DNA from: an uncultured Rhizobium sp.
Lineage (GTDB): Bacteria > Pseudomonadota > Alphaproteobacteria > SHVZ01
DNA length: 48,213 bases
Direction: 5' to 3'
Assembly: GCA_964655235.1 (NCBI GenBank)
Contig: CAZZLX010000002.1
Location: forward strand, 1-48,213
The stretch's first letter is position 1. Every line of letters begins with the position of its first letter. Below the pieces are notes generated by a model. The model searched no databases. It was given only the letters and a program-made list of their open reading frames with translations, and was not told the origin of the DNA. Below are positions 34,113 through 43,436 of this stretch, piece after piece. The position numbers were made by a program, and so were the translations under genes.

Positions 34113-36122
34113 GTGAGCTCGCGACGGGACGAGGCTCTCGCGCTACTCCACCGCGGTCATGAGGCGCATCGGCGAGGGGATCTGCCGCGGGCTTCGTCCG
34201 ACTATCGACGCGCCACGGCCCTGCTGCCTGACCTCGCCGACGGCCCCTATCTCCTGGCGATCGCGCAGCTCCAGGGCGGAGAGGCAGGGCAGGCCGCCAT
34301 TCGCCTCAAGGCGCTGCTACACCGTTTCCCGCCCTCGGCGGCGATCGCCGTCAATCTCGGCCTCGCCCATACTTCTACGGGCGAAGCTGCCGCCGCCGCG
34401 GCCGCCTTCCGCCGCGCAGCCGCTCTCGATCCGGGAGACGCCACCTCATGGATCGAGCTCGGCAATCAATGTGCCCGAGCCGCGGACTACGCCGGCGCAT
34501 GTCTCCTGTTCGGTCGAGCCGTCGGCCTGGATCCGATGGATGCCGTCGCGCTCGGGAATCTCGGGAGCGCGATGGCTGCCCGCGGCAGCCCGTCGGCGGG
34601 AGGCTGGCTTCGCCGATCATTGGCGTCGTCGCCCGCATCCGCACGGACCTGGATCAATGCAGGACATGGTCTGCGCGAGTGCCGCGAGTGGCTGGCCGCG
34701 GGGCGCGCCTACGACCGGGCGGCAACGGTAGAGCCGTCGAACGCCACCGCGCAGTCCGAAGCGCTCCACGCCCGGCTCCAGGCGGCCGATTGGAACGATC
34801 TGCCGCGACGGATCACGGCGCTTGGCGCGGCGCTCGGAAGGGGCGGGGCGGCACCGCCCTTTCATCTGCTCGCGCTCGACCTTCCGCCCTCTCTCAAGCG
34901 CGCCAACGCCGAGCGCTGGAGCGCGCAGTACTCTGCCGGCCGTATTTCGTTACGGCCCTCGATGCCGGGAGGGCGCCTGCGTCTCGGCTACATCGGGGGT
35001 GACTTCCGCCGTCATGCCGTCGCCTACGAGATGATCGGTCTTTTCGAGGCGCACGACCGGCAGCGCGTCGATCTCTTCGCCTACAGCTGGTCCCCTGATG
35101 ACGGCAGCGATATCCGCGCGCGCCTCGAGCAGGTTTTCGGTGGGATCGTCGATCTCGGACCGATGAGCGACGTAGCGGCGGCGGCGCGCATCGCCGCGGA
35201 TGCCGTCGATGTCCTCATCGACCTTTCCGGACATACATATGGCGCGCGGCCGGGAATCCTCGCCCGACGGCCGGCGCCGGTGCAGGTCAACTACTTCGGC
35301 TTTCCGGGCGTGACCGGCGCGACCTATCACGATTACGTCCTCGCAGATGCGGTCGTCGCGCCGGAAGTCAGCGACGAAAGCTACCGCGAGGCGATCGTGC
35401 GCCTGCCGGGATGCTATTGGCCTCACGATCCCCGCCTGCGGGCCGGGGCAACACCGGATCGCGCCCGCCTCGGGTTGCCGCCCGAGGCGATCGTCCTCGT
35501 CTGCTTCAATCAAGTCTACAAGATCCAGCCGACGAGCTTCGCAATGTGGATGAAGATCATGCGGTCGGTACAGGACTCGGTGCTCTGGCTTCTGGATCAC
35601 GGGCCTGTGGCGCGCGGGAATCTGCAGCTTCAGGCGGCGCGGCAGGGGATCGACGTGAAGCGCCTCGTCTTCGCACCGCCGGCCGCACATGACGAACATC
35701 TGTCCAGGATCGGCGCCGCCGATCTTGCGATAGATACACTGCCATACAACGCTCACACCACCGCATCCGACGCGCTTTCCATCGGATGTCCGATGGCAAC
35801 CTGGATCGGCACGGATTTCGCCGGGCGCGTATGCGCCAGCATGCTCGCGGATCTGGGCTTCGACGACTTGATCGCAGAAGACGCCGATGCCTATGCCGAT
35901 CTCGTGACTGGCATCGCCCGCGATCGCGCGCGCCTCGACGCCGTTCGCGAGCGGTTGCGGGCGCGGCTGAAGGCCGGGCCCCTATTCGCCATGGACAGGC
36001 TTGCGCGCTCGGTCGAGGCCGCGGCGACGGAAATGACGCAACGCCACCGTGCCGGGCTTGCGGCAGAAGGCTTTTATATATCGACGGACGGTACTACGAG
36101 GAGGAGTCGACGAAGCGCCTGA
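34113..36122 (+). CDS. TPR-repeat protein fused to a GT41 (OGT/FlmG-like) domain, divergent member
   Basis: GTG start. Blocks seen: GRLRLGYIGGDFRRHAVAYE, VDVLIDLSGHTYGAR, PAPVQVNYFGFPG, VLVCFNQVYKI, and IDTLPYNAHTTASDALSIGCPMATW. The last motif differs from the ALWMGVPV consensus of the other five. Confidence 0.8.
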   Translation: MSSRRDEALALLHRGHEAHRRGDLPRASSDYRRATALLPDLADGPYLLAIAQLQGGEAGQAAIRLKALLHRFPPSAAIAVNLGLAHTSTGEAAAAAAAFRRAAALDPGDATSWIELGNQCARAADYAGACLLFGRAVGLDPMDAVALGNLGSAMAARGSPSAGGWLRRSLASSPASARTWINAGHGLRECREWLAAGRAYDRAATVEPSNATAQSEALHARLQAADWNDLPRRITALGAALGRGGAAPPFHLLALDLPPSLKRANAERWSAQYSAGRISLRPSMPGGRLRLGYIGGDFRRHAVAYEMIGLFEAHDRQRVDLFAYSWSPDDGSDIRARLEQVFGGIVDLGPMSDVAAAARIAADAVDVLIDLSGHTYGARPGILARRPAPVQVNYFGFPGVTGATYHDYVLADAVVAPEVSDESYREAIVRLPGCYWPHDPRLRAGATPDRARLGLPPEAIVLVCFNQVYKIQPTSFAMWMKIMRSVQDSVLWLLDHGPVARGNLQLQAARQGIDVKRLVFAPPAAHDEHLSRIGAADLAIDTLPYNAHTTASDALSIGCPMATWIGTDFAGRVCASMLADLGFDDLIAEDADAYADLVTGIARDRARLDAVRERLRARLKAGPLFAMDRLARSVEAAATEMTQRHRAGLAAEGFYISTDGTTRRSRRSA

Positions 36123-38124
36123 AGGGCTCCAGCGCTGCGCCGATATCGTCGAGCAGAAGCACCAAGTGCCGGCGCGCAAGGTCGATGAAGCGCTGCCGCT
36201 CGGCGGCGGAGGCCGCCATGAAGCTTCGCTCGATCGTCGCCTTGAAGTAGCTCGTCAGGATTCCGTAGAGCATCTCGTAGGCGGCGGGAACTTTGCGTGC
36301 GCCGCGATGAAGGAGCGCATGCGCCTTGCTGACAGCCTGCGCATAAGCCCCGGTGTCGGCTAGGGGGTGGGCGAAGAGCTCCTTCATCTGCGATGAGATC
36401 TCCGCGACCGCGTCGGCGAGACCGGCCATGTGCAGGCCGTAGGCTGCGGCATCGAGCGGCGCCTCCTCGAAGCGGTCGCGAAGGGCCGCCAAGGTTTCGA
36501 TGCGGCTCCCTCGATAGCTGTCGAGGTCGAGCTCATCCGGCCTCAGGTTGGTCGCCCGATGGAGGCGAGCACCTTCGCCGCACTGGATCAGGGTGAGGTC
36601 CGGCCGGCCGGCGAGAAAGATCTCCATCGCGACGTGGCTCAGATGAAAGGTGTCGTCCGCACGCAAGGTGTCGCCGAGGATGGACGGCAGTGTGTGGCGG
36701 GTGTCCCTGTAGTCGAGCAACGCCACTTCGGCGAGTCCGATGTCTGCCAGGTCCCTGCGGGCGGTCTTCGACGCGTCGTCGATGTAGATCGTGCCAGTCG
36801 CATGATGGCGATCGGGATCACGATAACCGAAGTCGACTCCAAGCAGCGTTATGCGCCGGAAGCCGAGCGTGGTGGCGATGCCGACGGCGGCGTTGCCGAC
36901 GATCGGATAGCAGCCCGGAACGGTCTCGACCGTGCTTCCCATGAGACGAGAGCTGACGGAGTTCTCGCGCACGAACAGGTGGGCGGTCCGGAAGACGTCG
37001 AGCGCGTCCGGAACCATGCCGTTCGAGGCGAGCAGCGTGACCCGTTCGAAGAGAGACTGGTCCGGCAGCTCCTTAAGGATCGCGGTGGTGGAGGGCGCGG
37101 TCTCCAGCTCGATGTGGAAGTCCGGCTCTATCCCGGCGCGCGCGAGCGGTCGGACCGCCGATCCGCCGGCGAAGATCACCACGCGGTCGCGGATCCGCTT
37201 CAGGAGATCGAGCGACTTGTCGAGGGACGGCCCGGCTCCGACGATCACGGCATCGGCACCCGGCAGAGCGGCCCATCGATGCCGGAGCCACCGCCTTGGC
37301 GTTCTGATGTTCTCAGCTGTCTGAAGGATCTGGCGGCGCTCGTCCTTGAAATACCCCCAGCCGTAGCTCAGCAAGGGCAATCGCTGGCCGACATTCTCCG
37401 CGACGAGATCCATGAAGGGGGACTGGTAGAGGCGGAAGTACCGGCTGCCGGCGATGAGGGCGGGGTTCGGGCGCTGAAGGGCGGCCAGAAGGCCGTCGAG
37501 CGCCGCCTGTGGCTCGCCCTCGATGACGATGGTGAGGCTTCGTCCGTCCATCGCGAAGCGGTCGACGATCGGGCGCCAGTCGATGGCATGGAGGGAGGCG
37601 CGGAAGATCTCGGGATCGGACTCGAAGAGGACGAGATGACTCGGGTCGTACCGCGAGAGCAACGGCTCGATGTGCCAGCCGAGGCCGATGCCCAGGACGG
37701 TCAGGATCGGCGCGTAGCCGGGCGTGACCGCGTAGGGCCGCGGCTGCATCATGAGCGGCGTGCCGAACGCCTCATCCAGTGCCTGGATCCGTTGGTAGGC
37801 GACTTCGTCTTCCGGCACATACGCAGAAATGCCCGGCTTGAAGGACTGGTCGGCTTCGGCAAAGGCGGCGACGTGCTGATCGGCGAGGGCGCGGGGATCC
37901 ACCGTATAGAAGGCGCTGTTGGCGATGGCGAAGTTGAGGACAACTTCGGGTGCAGCGGCGTCCGCAAGAAGGACCGCCGGCGGCGCGGCAGACGCATCGA
38001 GCTTGGCCAGGACCCCGGGTACCGCGGCGAGAGCGGCGCGATTTGCCGCATGGCGGCGAGCGAGGGGCGGTGAAGCCGGATCGACGAGCGCGAGCGTCAA
38101 AGTCATGGGCCGGGAAAAGACCAT
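36094..38124 (-). CDS. Motility-accessory-factor (Maf)-like putative protein glycosyltransferase (DUF115/MptE-like core)
   Basis: Central Maf signature: AVIVGAGPSLDKSLDLLKRIRDRVVIFAGGSAVRPLARAGIEPDFHIELE, then NAAVGIATTLGFRRITLLGVDFGY. Size is 676 aa. It overlaps the convergent upstream gene by 29 nt. Confidence 0.8.
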   Translation of the reverse strand: MVFSRPMTLTLALVDPASPPLARRHAANRAALAAVPGVLAKLDASAAPPAVLLADAAAPEVVLNFAIANSAFYTVDPRALADQHVAAFAEADQSFKPGISAYVPEDEVAYQRIQALDEAFGTPLMMQPRPYAVTPGYAPILTVLGIGLGWHIEPLLSRYDPSHLVLFESDPEIFRASLHAIDWRPIVDRFAMDGRSLTIVIEGEPQAALDGLLAALQRPNPALIAGSRYFRLYQSPFMDLVAENVGQRLPLLSYGWGYFKDERRQILQTAENIRTPRRWLRHRWAALPGADAVIVGAGPSLDKSLDLLKRIRDRVVIFAGGSAVRPLARAGIEPDFHIELETAPSTTAILKELPDQSLFERVTLLASNGMVPDALDVFRTAHLFVRENSVSSRLMGSTVETVPGCYPIVGNAAVGIATTLGFRRITLLGVDFGYRDPDRHHATGTIYIDDASKTARRDLADIGLAEVALLDYRDTRHTLPSILGDTLRADDTFHLSHVAMEIFLAGRPDLTLIQCGEGARLHRATNLRPDELDLDSYRGSRIETLAALRDRFEEAPLDAAAYGLHMAGLADAVAEISSQMKELFAHPLADTGAYAQAVSKAHALLHRGARKVPAAYEMLYGILTSYFKATIERSFMAASAAERQRFIDLARRHLVLLLDDIGAALEPFRRFVDSSS

Positions 38125-38268
38125 AGTCGCGCCCGCGTATACAAGGCATCAGCGTCCGTCGCGGGTTGCGCACGGGCCTCCTATCCAGTATTCGACCGAG
38201 GCCGCGAAGGTCTTTCGCCCCGAGGACCCTTTCCGTCGGCGTCCTGACGGATCTGGGTAGGCCACTCC

Positions 38269-40314
38269 TTGTCGCAACCGATGACCGGATCTCACGTCAC
38301 ATCGATCCAGGCGCGCATCGCCGAGCGCACCGGAGCAGAGATCACGACACTCGTCGCGCGGTTTCCGGGACTCGAGACCGCTCTGACGCCCTTCGAAGGC
38401 GTGATGCCGTCCTTCCTTGTCGATCCGGCCGGCGACGGCGGGATCGTCGATCTGGTGACCGAGAGCGGCCGCTACTACGGCCGCGATGCGCGCGACGTGG
38501 CGGCCGAGCAGGTCGCACGGGCACTGTCGGAGCGGCCCAACATCGAATGCCGCATGCCGATGCCGACCGCGGCTCATGGGCGCTTGCACGGCATAAGTCA
38601 GGAGCTCTTGCGTGCCGGCGAATTCGCTGAGGAGTTGCCCGCGCGGATCGATGGTGGACTCGAGAACGAACGGTCGCGCCTCCTTTTCCTGGCCGGTCTC
38701 GGGCTCGGTCATCATGTTGCCCGGCTGATCGACGAGCTCGATCCGCGCTATGTCGTGATCTACGAGCCGCAGCCGCAGCTCCTTTATTGCGCGAGCTTCA
38801 CGGTACCTTGGCGCCGCCTAATCGCGAAGCTGAGCGGGGAGGGTCGAAGCCTCCTGGTCCTGTCCGGCGACTCGGCGGAAGTGTCGGCCCAGAAAGTAAA
38901 GGGCTGGCTCGAAACCGTTCCGGCGGTGAACGTGGACGGCGGACGTTGGGTCCAGCACTACGACCATCCCGGCTTCGGGCAGCTGAAGAGCGTGGTGGCG
39001 GAGCATGTTCGCATGCTCAACAAGGCGCCCGGGTTCTTCATCGACGAACGCCGCCAGTTCATCCATACGCTGGCGAACCTGCCGAAGACCCAGGGCGTTC
39101 TCGCCGAGCGCCGGCCGCGGTCCCTCGATGGCGATCTCATCCTGGTCGGATCGGGTCCGTCTCTCGACGAGGCGTTGCCGCTGATCGCGCGCGCGCGCGA
39201 CCGGGCGATCATATTTTCGTGCGGCACGGGTCTTACGCCGCTTCTCCGAGCCGGAATCCTGCCCGACTTCCATATCGAGCTCGAGACCTCGTCGGGGCGG
39301 TACGCGCTCGCGAGCGCGGTCGAGGACCCGACGGTTTTTCGTACCGCCACACTGATCGCATCGAACGGCTATTATCCGCCTTCCTTCGATCTCTTCGAGC
39401 GGCGCCTCATGTTCCTGCGGCCGGGAAACTTCGCGGCCTGGGTCTTCCGGGCGCTCGGGACGCCCTTGTTGCACGGGGCGCCGACGGTCACGAATGCGGC
39501 GGCGGCACTTGCACACTATCTCGGCCTTCGCCGCATCTTCGCGTTCGGCGTCGACCTCGGCTACTACGACACCGCGGTTCAACACTCACGGAGGAGCCTC
39601 TACTTCGACGAGAAGAAGCAGGGCTTTCATCCGGACTTCGCACACCTTCCCGGTGGCCAGGCACTGCGGTCCTTCTATCCGACCTCCGAGATCGAGGTTC
39701 CGGACAATCGGGGGGGCCGGATCCTCACGAACGACATCTTCTACCGTTCACTACGCGCCTTCGATGCGTTCATCCATGATGAGAAGGTCGAGTTGATCCA
39801 TTGCGGCCAGGGCGCCCGTATCTGGGGCTCCCAGGTCCGTCGCATCGACGAGCTTTCGGAAGCGGATTTCTCTTGCGACAGGACGTCGGTGCTGTCGAGC
39901 ATCTCGGCGCGCTTCAGTGCCGTGGATGCCGCCGCGCTCGACCTCGACACGGTTGTTGCGGTCGAACGAGGCAACCTGTCTTCTTTCATTTCTGTCATTG
40001 ATGGGATCGTACGGGCGCCGATCGCATCGCTTTCCGACTTTCTCGACCGGGCCAACGCCGTCTCGCGACGCATCCGGAAATCCAGGAACGAGTCCGAGGT
40101 CGGCCCGCAGCGCCTGGTCGGAGGCGAGTACGAGAAGCTGACGATGTTCGCGGCAGATTTGGCGCGGAGCGCGCGCGATCGCGCCGTCGCAGAGCGCGTT
40201 TGGGATGCCTGGCGGTCGGGGATCGCTGTGCTCGGCGCTTATGTGCAGGAAGAGATGGCGACGGTGGTGGCGGGGCAAGGGATCGATCCCTTTCCAGGCG
40301 TCCGGCGAGGGTGA
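38269..40314 (+). CDS. Motility-accessory-factor (Maf)-like putative protein glycosyltransferase, second paralog
   Basis: Blocks seen: LILVGSGPSLDEALPLIARARDRAIIFSCGTGLTPLLRAGILPDFHIELE and NAAAALAHYLGLRRIFAFGVDLGY. Start is TTG 38269 or ATG 38281. It is divergent from the first Maf gene across a 144-nt spacer. Confidence 0.8.
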   Translation: MSQPMTGSHVTSIQARIAERTGAEITTLVARFPGLETALTPFEGVMPSFLVDPAGDGGIVDLVTESGRYYGRDARDVAAEQVARALSERPNIECRMPMPTAAHGRLHGISQELLRAGEFAEELPARIDGGLENERSRLLFLAGLGLGHHVARLIDELDPRYVVIYEPQPQLLYCASFTVPWRRLIAKLSGEGRSLLVLSGDSAEVSAQKVKGWLETVPAVNVDGGRWVQHYDHPGFGQLKSVVAEHVRMLNKAPGFFIDERRQFIHTLANLPKTQGVLAERRPRSLDGDLILVGSGPSLDEALPLIARARDRAIIFSCGTGLTPLLRAGILPDFHIELETSSGRYALASAVEDPTVFRTATLIASNGYYPPSFDLFERRLMFLRPGNFAAWVFRALGTPLLHGAPTVTNAAAALAHYLGLRRIFAFGVDLGYYDTAVQHSRRSLYFDEKKQGFHPDFAHLPGGQALRSFYPTSEIEVPDNRGGRILTNDIFYRSLRAFDAFIHDEKVELIHCGQGARIWGSQVRRIDELSEADFSCDRTSVLSSISARFSAVDAAALDLDTVVAVERGNLSSFISVIDGIVRAPIASLSDFLDRANAVSRRIRKSRNESEVGPQRLVGGEYEKLTMFAADLARSARDRAVAERVWDAWRSGIAVLGAYVQEEMATVVAGQGIDPFPGVRRG

Positions 40315-40319
40315 ACTCG

Positions 40320-40811
40320 ATGGCCTTCATGCTCGACCGCAGCGCCGTCGATCTGGTCGTCTTCGATTTTGACGGGGTCCTGACGGACAATCGCGTGCTG
40401 GTCTTCGCCGATGGAACGGAGGCGGTCTGGTGCACGCGCGCCGACGGCCTCGCCTTCGATGCGTTCCGGCGCGGCGCCGTCAAGACCTTGATCCTGTCGA
40501 CCGAGAAGAATGCCGTCGTCGCCGCGCGGGCGGCGAAGCTGCAGGTCGAGGCTGTGTCCGGCTGCGGCGACAAGGCCTCGGCACTCCAGGCGATCTGCAG
40601 GGAACGCGGGCTGCGGCTCGAGCGGGTCCTCTATGTCGGCAACGACCTGAATGACCTCGGCGTGATGCGCCTTGTCGGTATGCCGATCGCGGTCGCCGAC
40701 GCACATCCCCGGGTCATCGAGATCGCGTGTCACACTCTGGCGGCGAGGGGCGGTGAGGGGGCAGCGCGCGAGATCGCCGAACGTGTCCTCAGCCTCTCCA
40801 TCGGCGAGTAG
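40320..40811 (+). CDS. HAD-superfamily phosphatase of the KdsC / nonulosonate-9-phosphate phosphatase type
   Basis: I start it at ATG 40320 (MAFMLDRSAVDLVVFDFDGVLTDNRV, the DxDGV motif). Also ILSTEKNAVVAARAAKL and YVGNDLNDLGVMRLVGMPIAVADA, typical of the KdsC subfamily. Length is 163 aa. Confidence 0.8.
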   Translation: MAFMLDRSAVDLVVFDFDGVLTDNRVLVFADGTEAVWCTRADGLAFDAFRRGAVKTLILSTEKNAVVAARAAKLQVEAVSGCGDKASALQAICRERGLRLERVLYVGNDLNDLGVMRLVGMPIAVADAHPRVIEIACHTLAARGGEGAAREIAERVLSLSIGE

Positions 40812-40813
40812 GC

Positions 40814-41575
40814 ATGGCCGGGTCGCCCGAAATTCTTGCGCTGATCCCGGCGCGCGGCGGATCCAAGTCGGTGCCGCGCAAGAACATACGCACGGTCGGC
40901 GGCCGCCCGCTGATCGCCTGGTCGATCGAGCAGGCGAAGCGTTCGCGCCGCATCAGCCGCATCGTGGTCACGACCGACGACCAGGAGATTGCAGAGATTG
41001 CGCGCAAGTGGGGCGCGGAGACTCCCTTCATGAGGCCGGCGGAACTGGCGGGTGATCGCTCGACCGACATCGAGTATCACGAGCATGCATTGCGCACGCT
41101 CGCGGCTGCCGAAGGCTATCGCCCCGAGGCCGTCGTCAACCTCCGCCCGACCATGCCGGTCCGCCGCATCGCCACGATAGACCGGGCGATCGATGCGCTG
41201 ATCGCGCGGCCTGATGTGGACTCGGTGCGCAGCGTATCCCTCGCCGAGCAGACACCCTACAAGATGTGGCGCATAGGCGACGGCGGCTTCATGGAGCCGA
41301 TCGCCACGCTTGCCGGTGTCGCCGAACCGTACAACCAGCCGCGGCAGGATCTGCCGCCGGTCTACTGGCAGGACGGGTACGTCGACGTCGTTTGGGCGCG
41401 CGTCGTCCTGGAGCTGCACTCAACCACGGGGCGGCGGATCCTTCCCTTCGTCATCGAGGAGCCCAACCAGGACATCGACTACGAGGACTCCATCGGCGAG
41501 GCGGAACGCCTGCTGAAGGCTCTCGACGAGCCGTCCACGGCGTCATCGTTGCGCGAGGTCAGGCATCCGTCATGA
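40814..41575 (+). CDS. Acylneuraminate (nonulosonate) cytidylyltransferase, CMP-sugar synthetase (NeuA/LegF/PseF family)
   Basis: Blocks seen: ALIPARGGSKSVPRKNIR.VGGRPLIAWSIE, IVVTTDD, RP..LAGD.S, QDLP.VY..DG. This is the CTP_transf_3 pattern. Confidence 0.85.
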   Translation: MAGSPEILALIPARGGSKSVPRKNIRTVGGRPLIAWSIEQAKRSRRISRIVVTTDDQEIAEIARKWGAETPFMRPAELAGDRSTDIEYHEHALRTLAAAEGYRPEAVVNLRPTMPVRRIATIDRAIDALIARPDVDSVRSVSLAEQTPYKMWRIGDGGFMEPIATLAGVAEPYNQPRQDLPPVYWQDGYVDVVWARVVLELHSTTGRRILPFVIEEPNQDIDYEDSIGEAERLLKALDEPSTASSLREVRHPS

Positions 41576-42612
41576 AGGTGCTTCTGTTCGGTCTCGGGTC
41601 GATCGGCCAGCGTCATGCCCGCATCCTGAGGCAGGTGCTGGGCGACGCGGTGGAGCTCGGCGCGTTCCGCCAATGGGGCCGGAAGCTGGTGATCAACGAC
41701 GATCTCAGCGTCATCGAGGGCGTGGATCCGGCCGAGTACTGGGGTGTCCGTAGCTTCTCGCGTCTCGAGGACGCCTTTGCCTGGGGGCCGGCCGCCGCGT
41801 TCGTGACGAACCCGATCTCGATGCACGTCGAGAGCGCACGCCAGGCGATCGAGGCCGGCTGCCACGTCTTCATCGAGAAGCCCCTGAGCCACACCGACGA
41901 TGGCGTCGCCGAGCTCGCCGCGGCGGCGGCCGCGCGCCGCCTCACGCTCGCGGTCGGATATCAGCTCCGCCATCACCCGGCGCTCGTCCTGATAGGTAAG
42001 CGGATCGCTGAAGGTGCCATCGGGCGGGTGTGCGCCGTCGACATCGAGTTCGGTGAGTACTTGCCGACCATGCACGCCTACGAGGACTATCGCGAGACGC
42101 ACATGGCGCGGAAGGACCAGGGCGGCGGCGCCATCCTGTGTCTCAGCCACGAGGTCGATGCGATGTGCTGGCTCTTCGGCGCGCCGCGCTCGGTGCTCAC
42201 GATCGGCGGGCATCTCAGCGACCTCGAGCTGGCTGGGGTCGAGGACGTGGCGACCATGCTGTTCACCGGCGAGCAACGGGGCCGGAAGGTGCCGATGCGC
42301 GTGCATCTCGATTTCCTGCAGCGTCCGCCGCGGCGACGGTACAAGATCGTCGGCGATGCCGGCTCGATCGAGTTCGACTATCATCAGCGCGAGCTCGTTC
42401 AGACGACGCCCGCCGGACGTGACGTGACGGCGTTCACAAGCTGGCATCGCAATCAGATGTTCGAGGCCGAGGTGGCGGAGTTCATGTCCTGCGTACGCGG
42501 CGAACGCGATCCGGTACCGCTTCTGGACGCTGCGCTTTCGACCCATCGCGTGTGCATGGCGGCCCTCCGCTCTCTCGCCTCAGGCACGCCGGTCTCGATC
42601 GACCGGGCATGA
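41572..42612 (+). CDS. Gfo/Idh/MocA family oxidoreductase
   Basis: ATG 41572 overlaps the upstream TGA (ATGA). Blocks seen: MKVLLFGLGSIGQRHARIL and VFIEKPLSH. The listed upstream extension from 41266 is out of frame with, and lies inside, the cytidylyltransferase gene. Confidence 0.75.
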   Translation: MKVLLFGLGSIGQRHARILRQVLGDAVELGAFRQWGRKLVINDDLSVIEGVDPAEYWGVRSFSRLEDAFAWGPAAAFVTNPISMHVESARQAIEAGCHVFIEKPLSHTDDGVAELAAAAAARRLTLAVGYQLRHHPALVLIGKRIAEGAIGRVCAVDIEFGEYLPTMHAYEDYRETHMARKDQGGGAILCLSHEVDAMCWLFGAPRSVLTIGGHLSDLELAGVEDVATMLFTGEQRGRKVPMRVHLDFLQRPPRRRYKIVGDAGSIEFDYHQRELVQTTPAGRDVTAFTSWHRNQMFEAEVAEFMSCVRGERDPVPLLDAALSTHRVCMAALRSLASGTPVSIDRA

Positions 42613-43436
42613 GCGCGCTCCCCGAAAGCTTCTCCCTTGTCGGCCGGACCGCGCTTGTCACCGGTGCCGCCGGGCTGTTCGGCCCCGAGCACGCCGATGC
42701 CCTGCTCGAGATCGGAGGCAGGGTCGTCCTGACCGACATCGACGAGGCCCGCCTAGAACTGGCGGCGCGTCCGCTCGCCGATCGTTACGGGGCGGACCGC
42801 GTGCTCTGGCGAAAGATGAACGTCGCCGATCCGGCTTCGATCCGGGCGGTGGCCGATGATCTCGTCGGCATCCCGGTCGAAATCCTGGTCAACAACGCCG
42901 CGATCGACGCCAAGGTCGGGCCCGGAGCCGGCGCCAACCTGTCGCGGCTGGAGACATTCAGGCTCGAGGCATGGCAGCTGGAAGTCTCTGTCGGACTTAC
43001 CGGTGCCTTCCTTTGCACACAGGTGTTTGGAGCGGCGATGGCCGAGCGCGGCCAGGGCGTCATCCTCAACATCGCCTCCGACCTCTCGGTGATCTCCCCG
43101 GACCAGCGGCTTTATCGCAAGGACGGCGTCGATCTGGCCGCCCAGCCGGTCAAGCCGGTGACCTATTCTGTCATCAAGGCCGGCCTGGTAGGTCTCACCC
43201 GCTATGTCGCGACCTACTGGGCCGACAAGGGCGTGCGGGCCAACGCGCTCTCCCCGGGTGGGATCTTCACCGGCCAGGACGAAGCTTTCGTCCAGCGCCT
43301 GTCGGCGCTGATCCCGATGGGCCGGATGGCGACTCGCCAGGAGTACCGAAGCGCAGTTCAGTTTCTCTGTTCGGACGCTTCGCGGTATATGACCGGGCAG
43401 AACATCGTCATTGACGGCGGCCGTTCGGTCTGGTGA
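42609..43436 (+). CDS. Short-chain dehydrogenase/reductase (SDR; PtmA-like flagellin-modification-type)
   Basis: ATG 42609 overlaps the upstream TGA. Blocks seen: GRTALVTGAAGLFG (TGxxGxxG), NNAA, catalytic YSVIKAG (YxxxK), and ITGQNIVIDGG. Confidence 0.8.
   Translation: MSALPESFSLVGRTALVTGAAGLFGPEHADALLEIGGRVVLTDIDEARLELAARPLADRYGADRVLWRKMNVADPASIRAVADDLVGIPVEILVNNAAIDAKVGPGAGANLSRLETFRLEAWQLEVSVGLTGAFLCTQVFGAAMAERGQGVILNIASDLSVISPDQRLYRKDGVDLAAQPVKPVTYSVIKAGLVGLTRYVATYWADKGVRANALSPGGIFTGQDEAFVQRLSALIPMGRMATRQEYRSAVQFLCSDASRYMTGQNIVIDGGRSVW

Noticed and set aside
36430-38073. 547-aa ORF antisense to the first Maf gene
   Set aside because: It is a shadow frame, and the Maf motifs on the minus strand are decisive.
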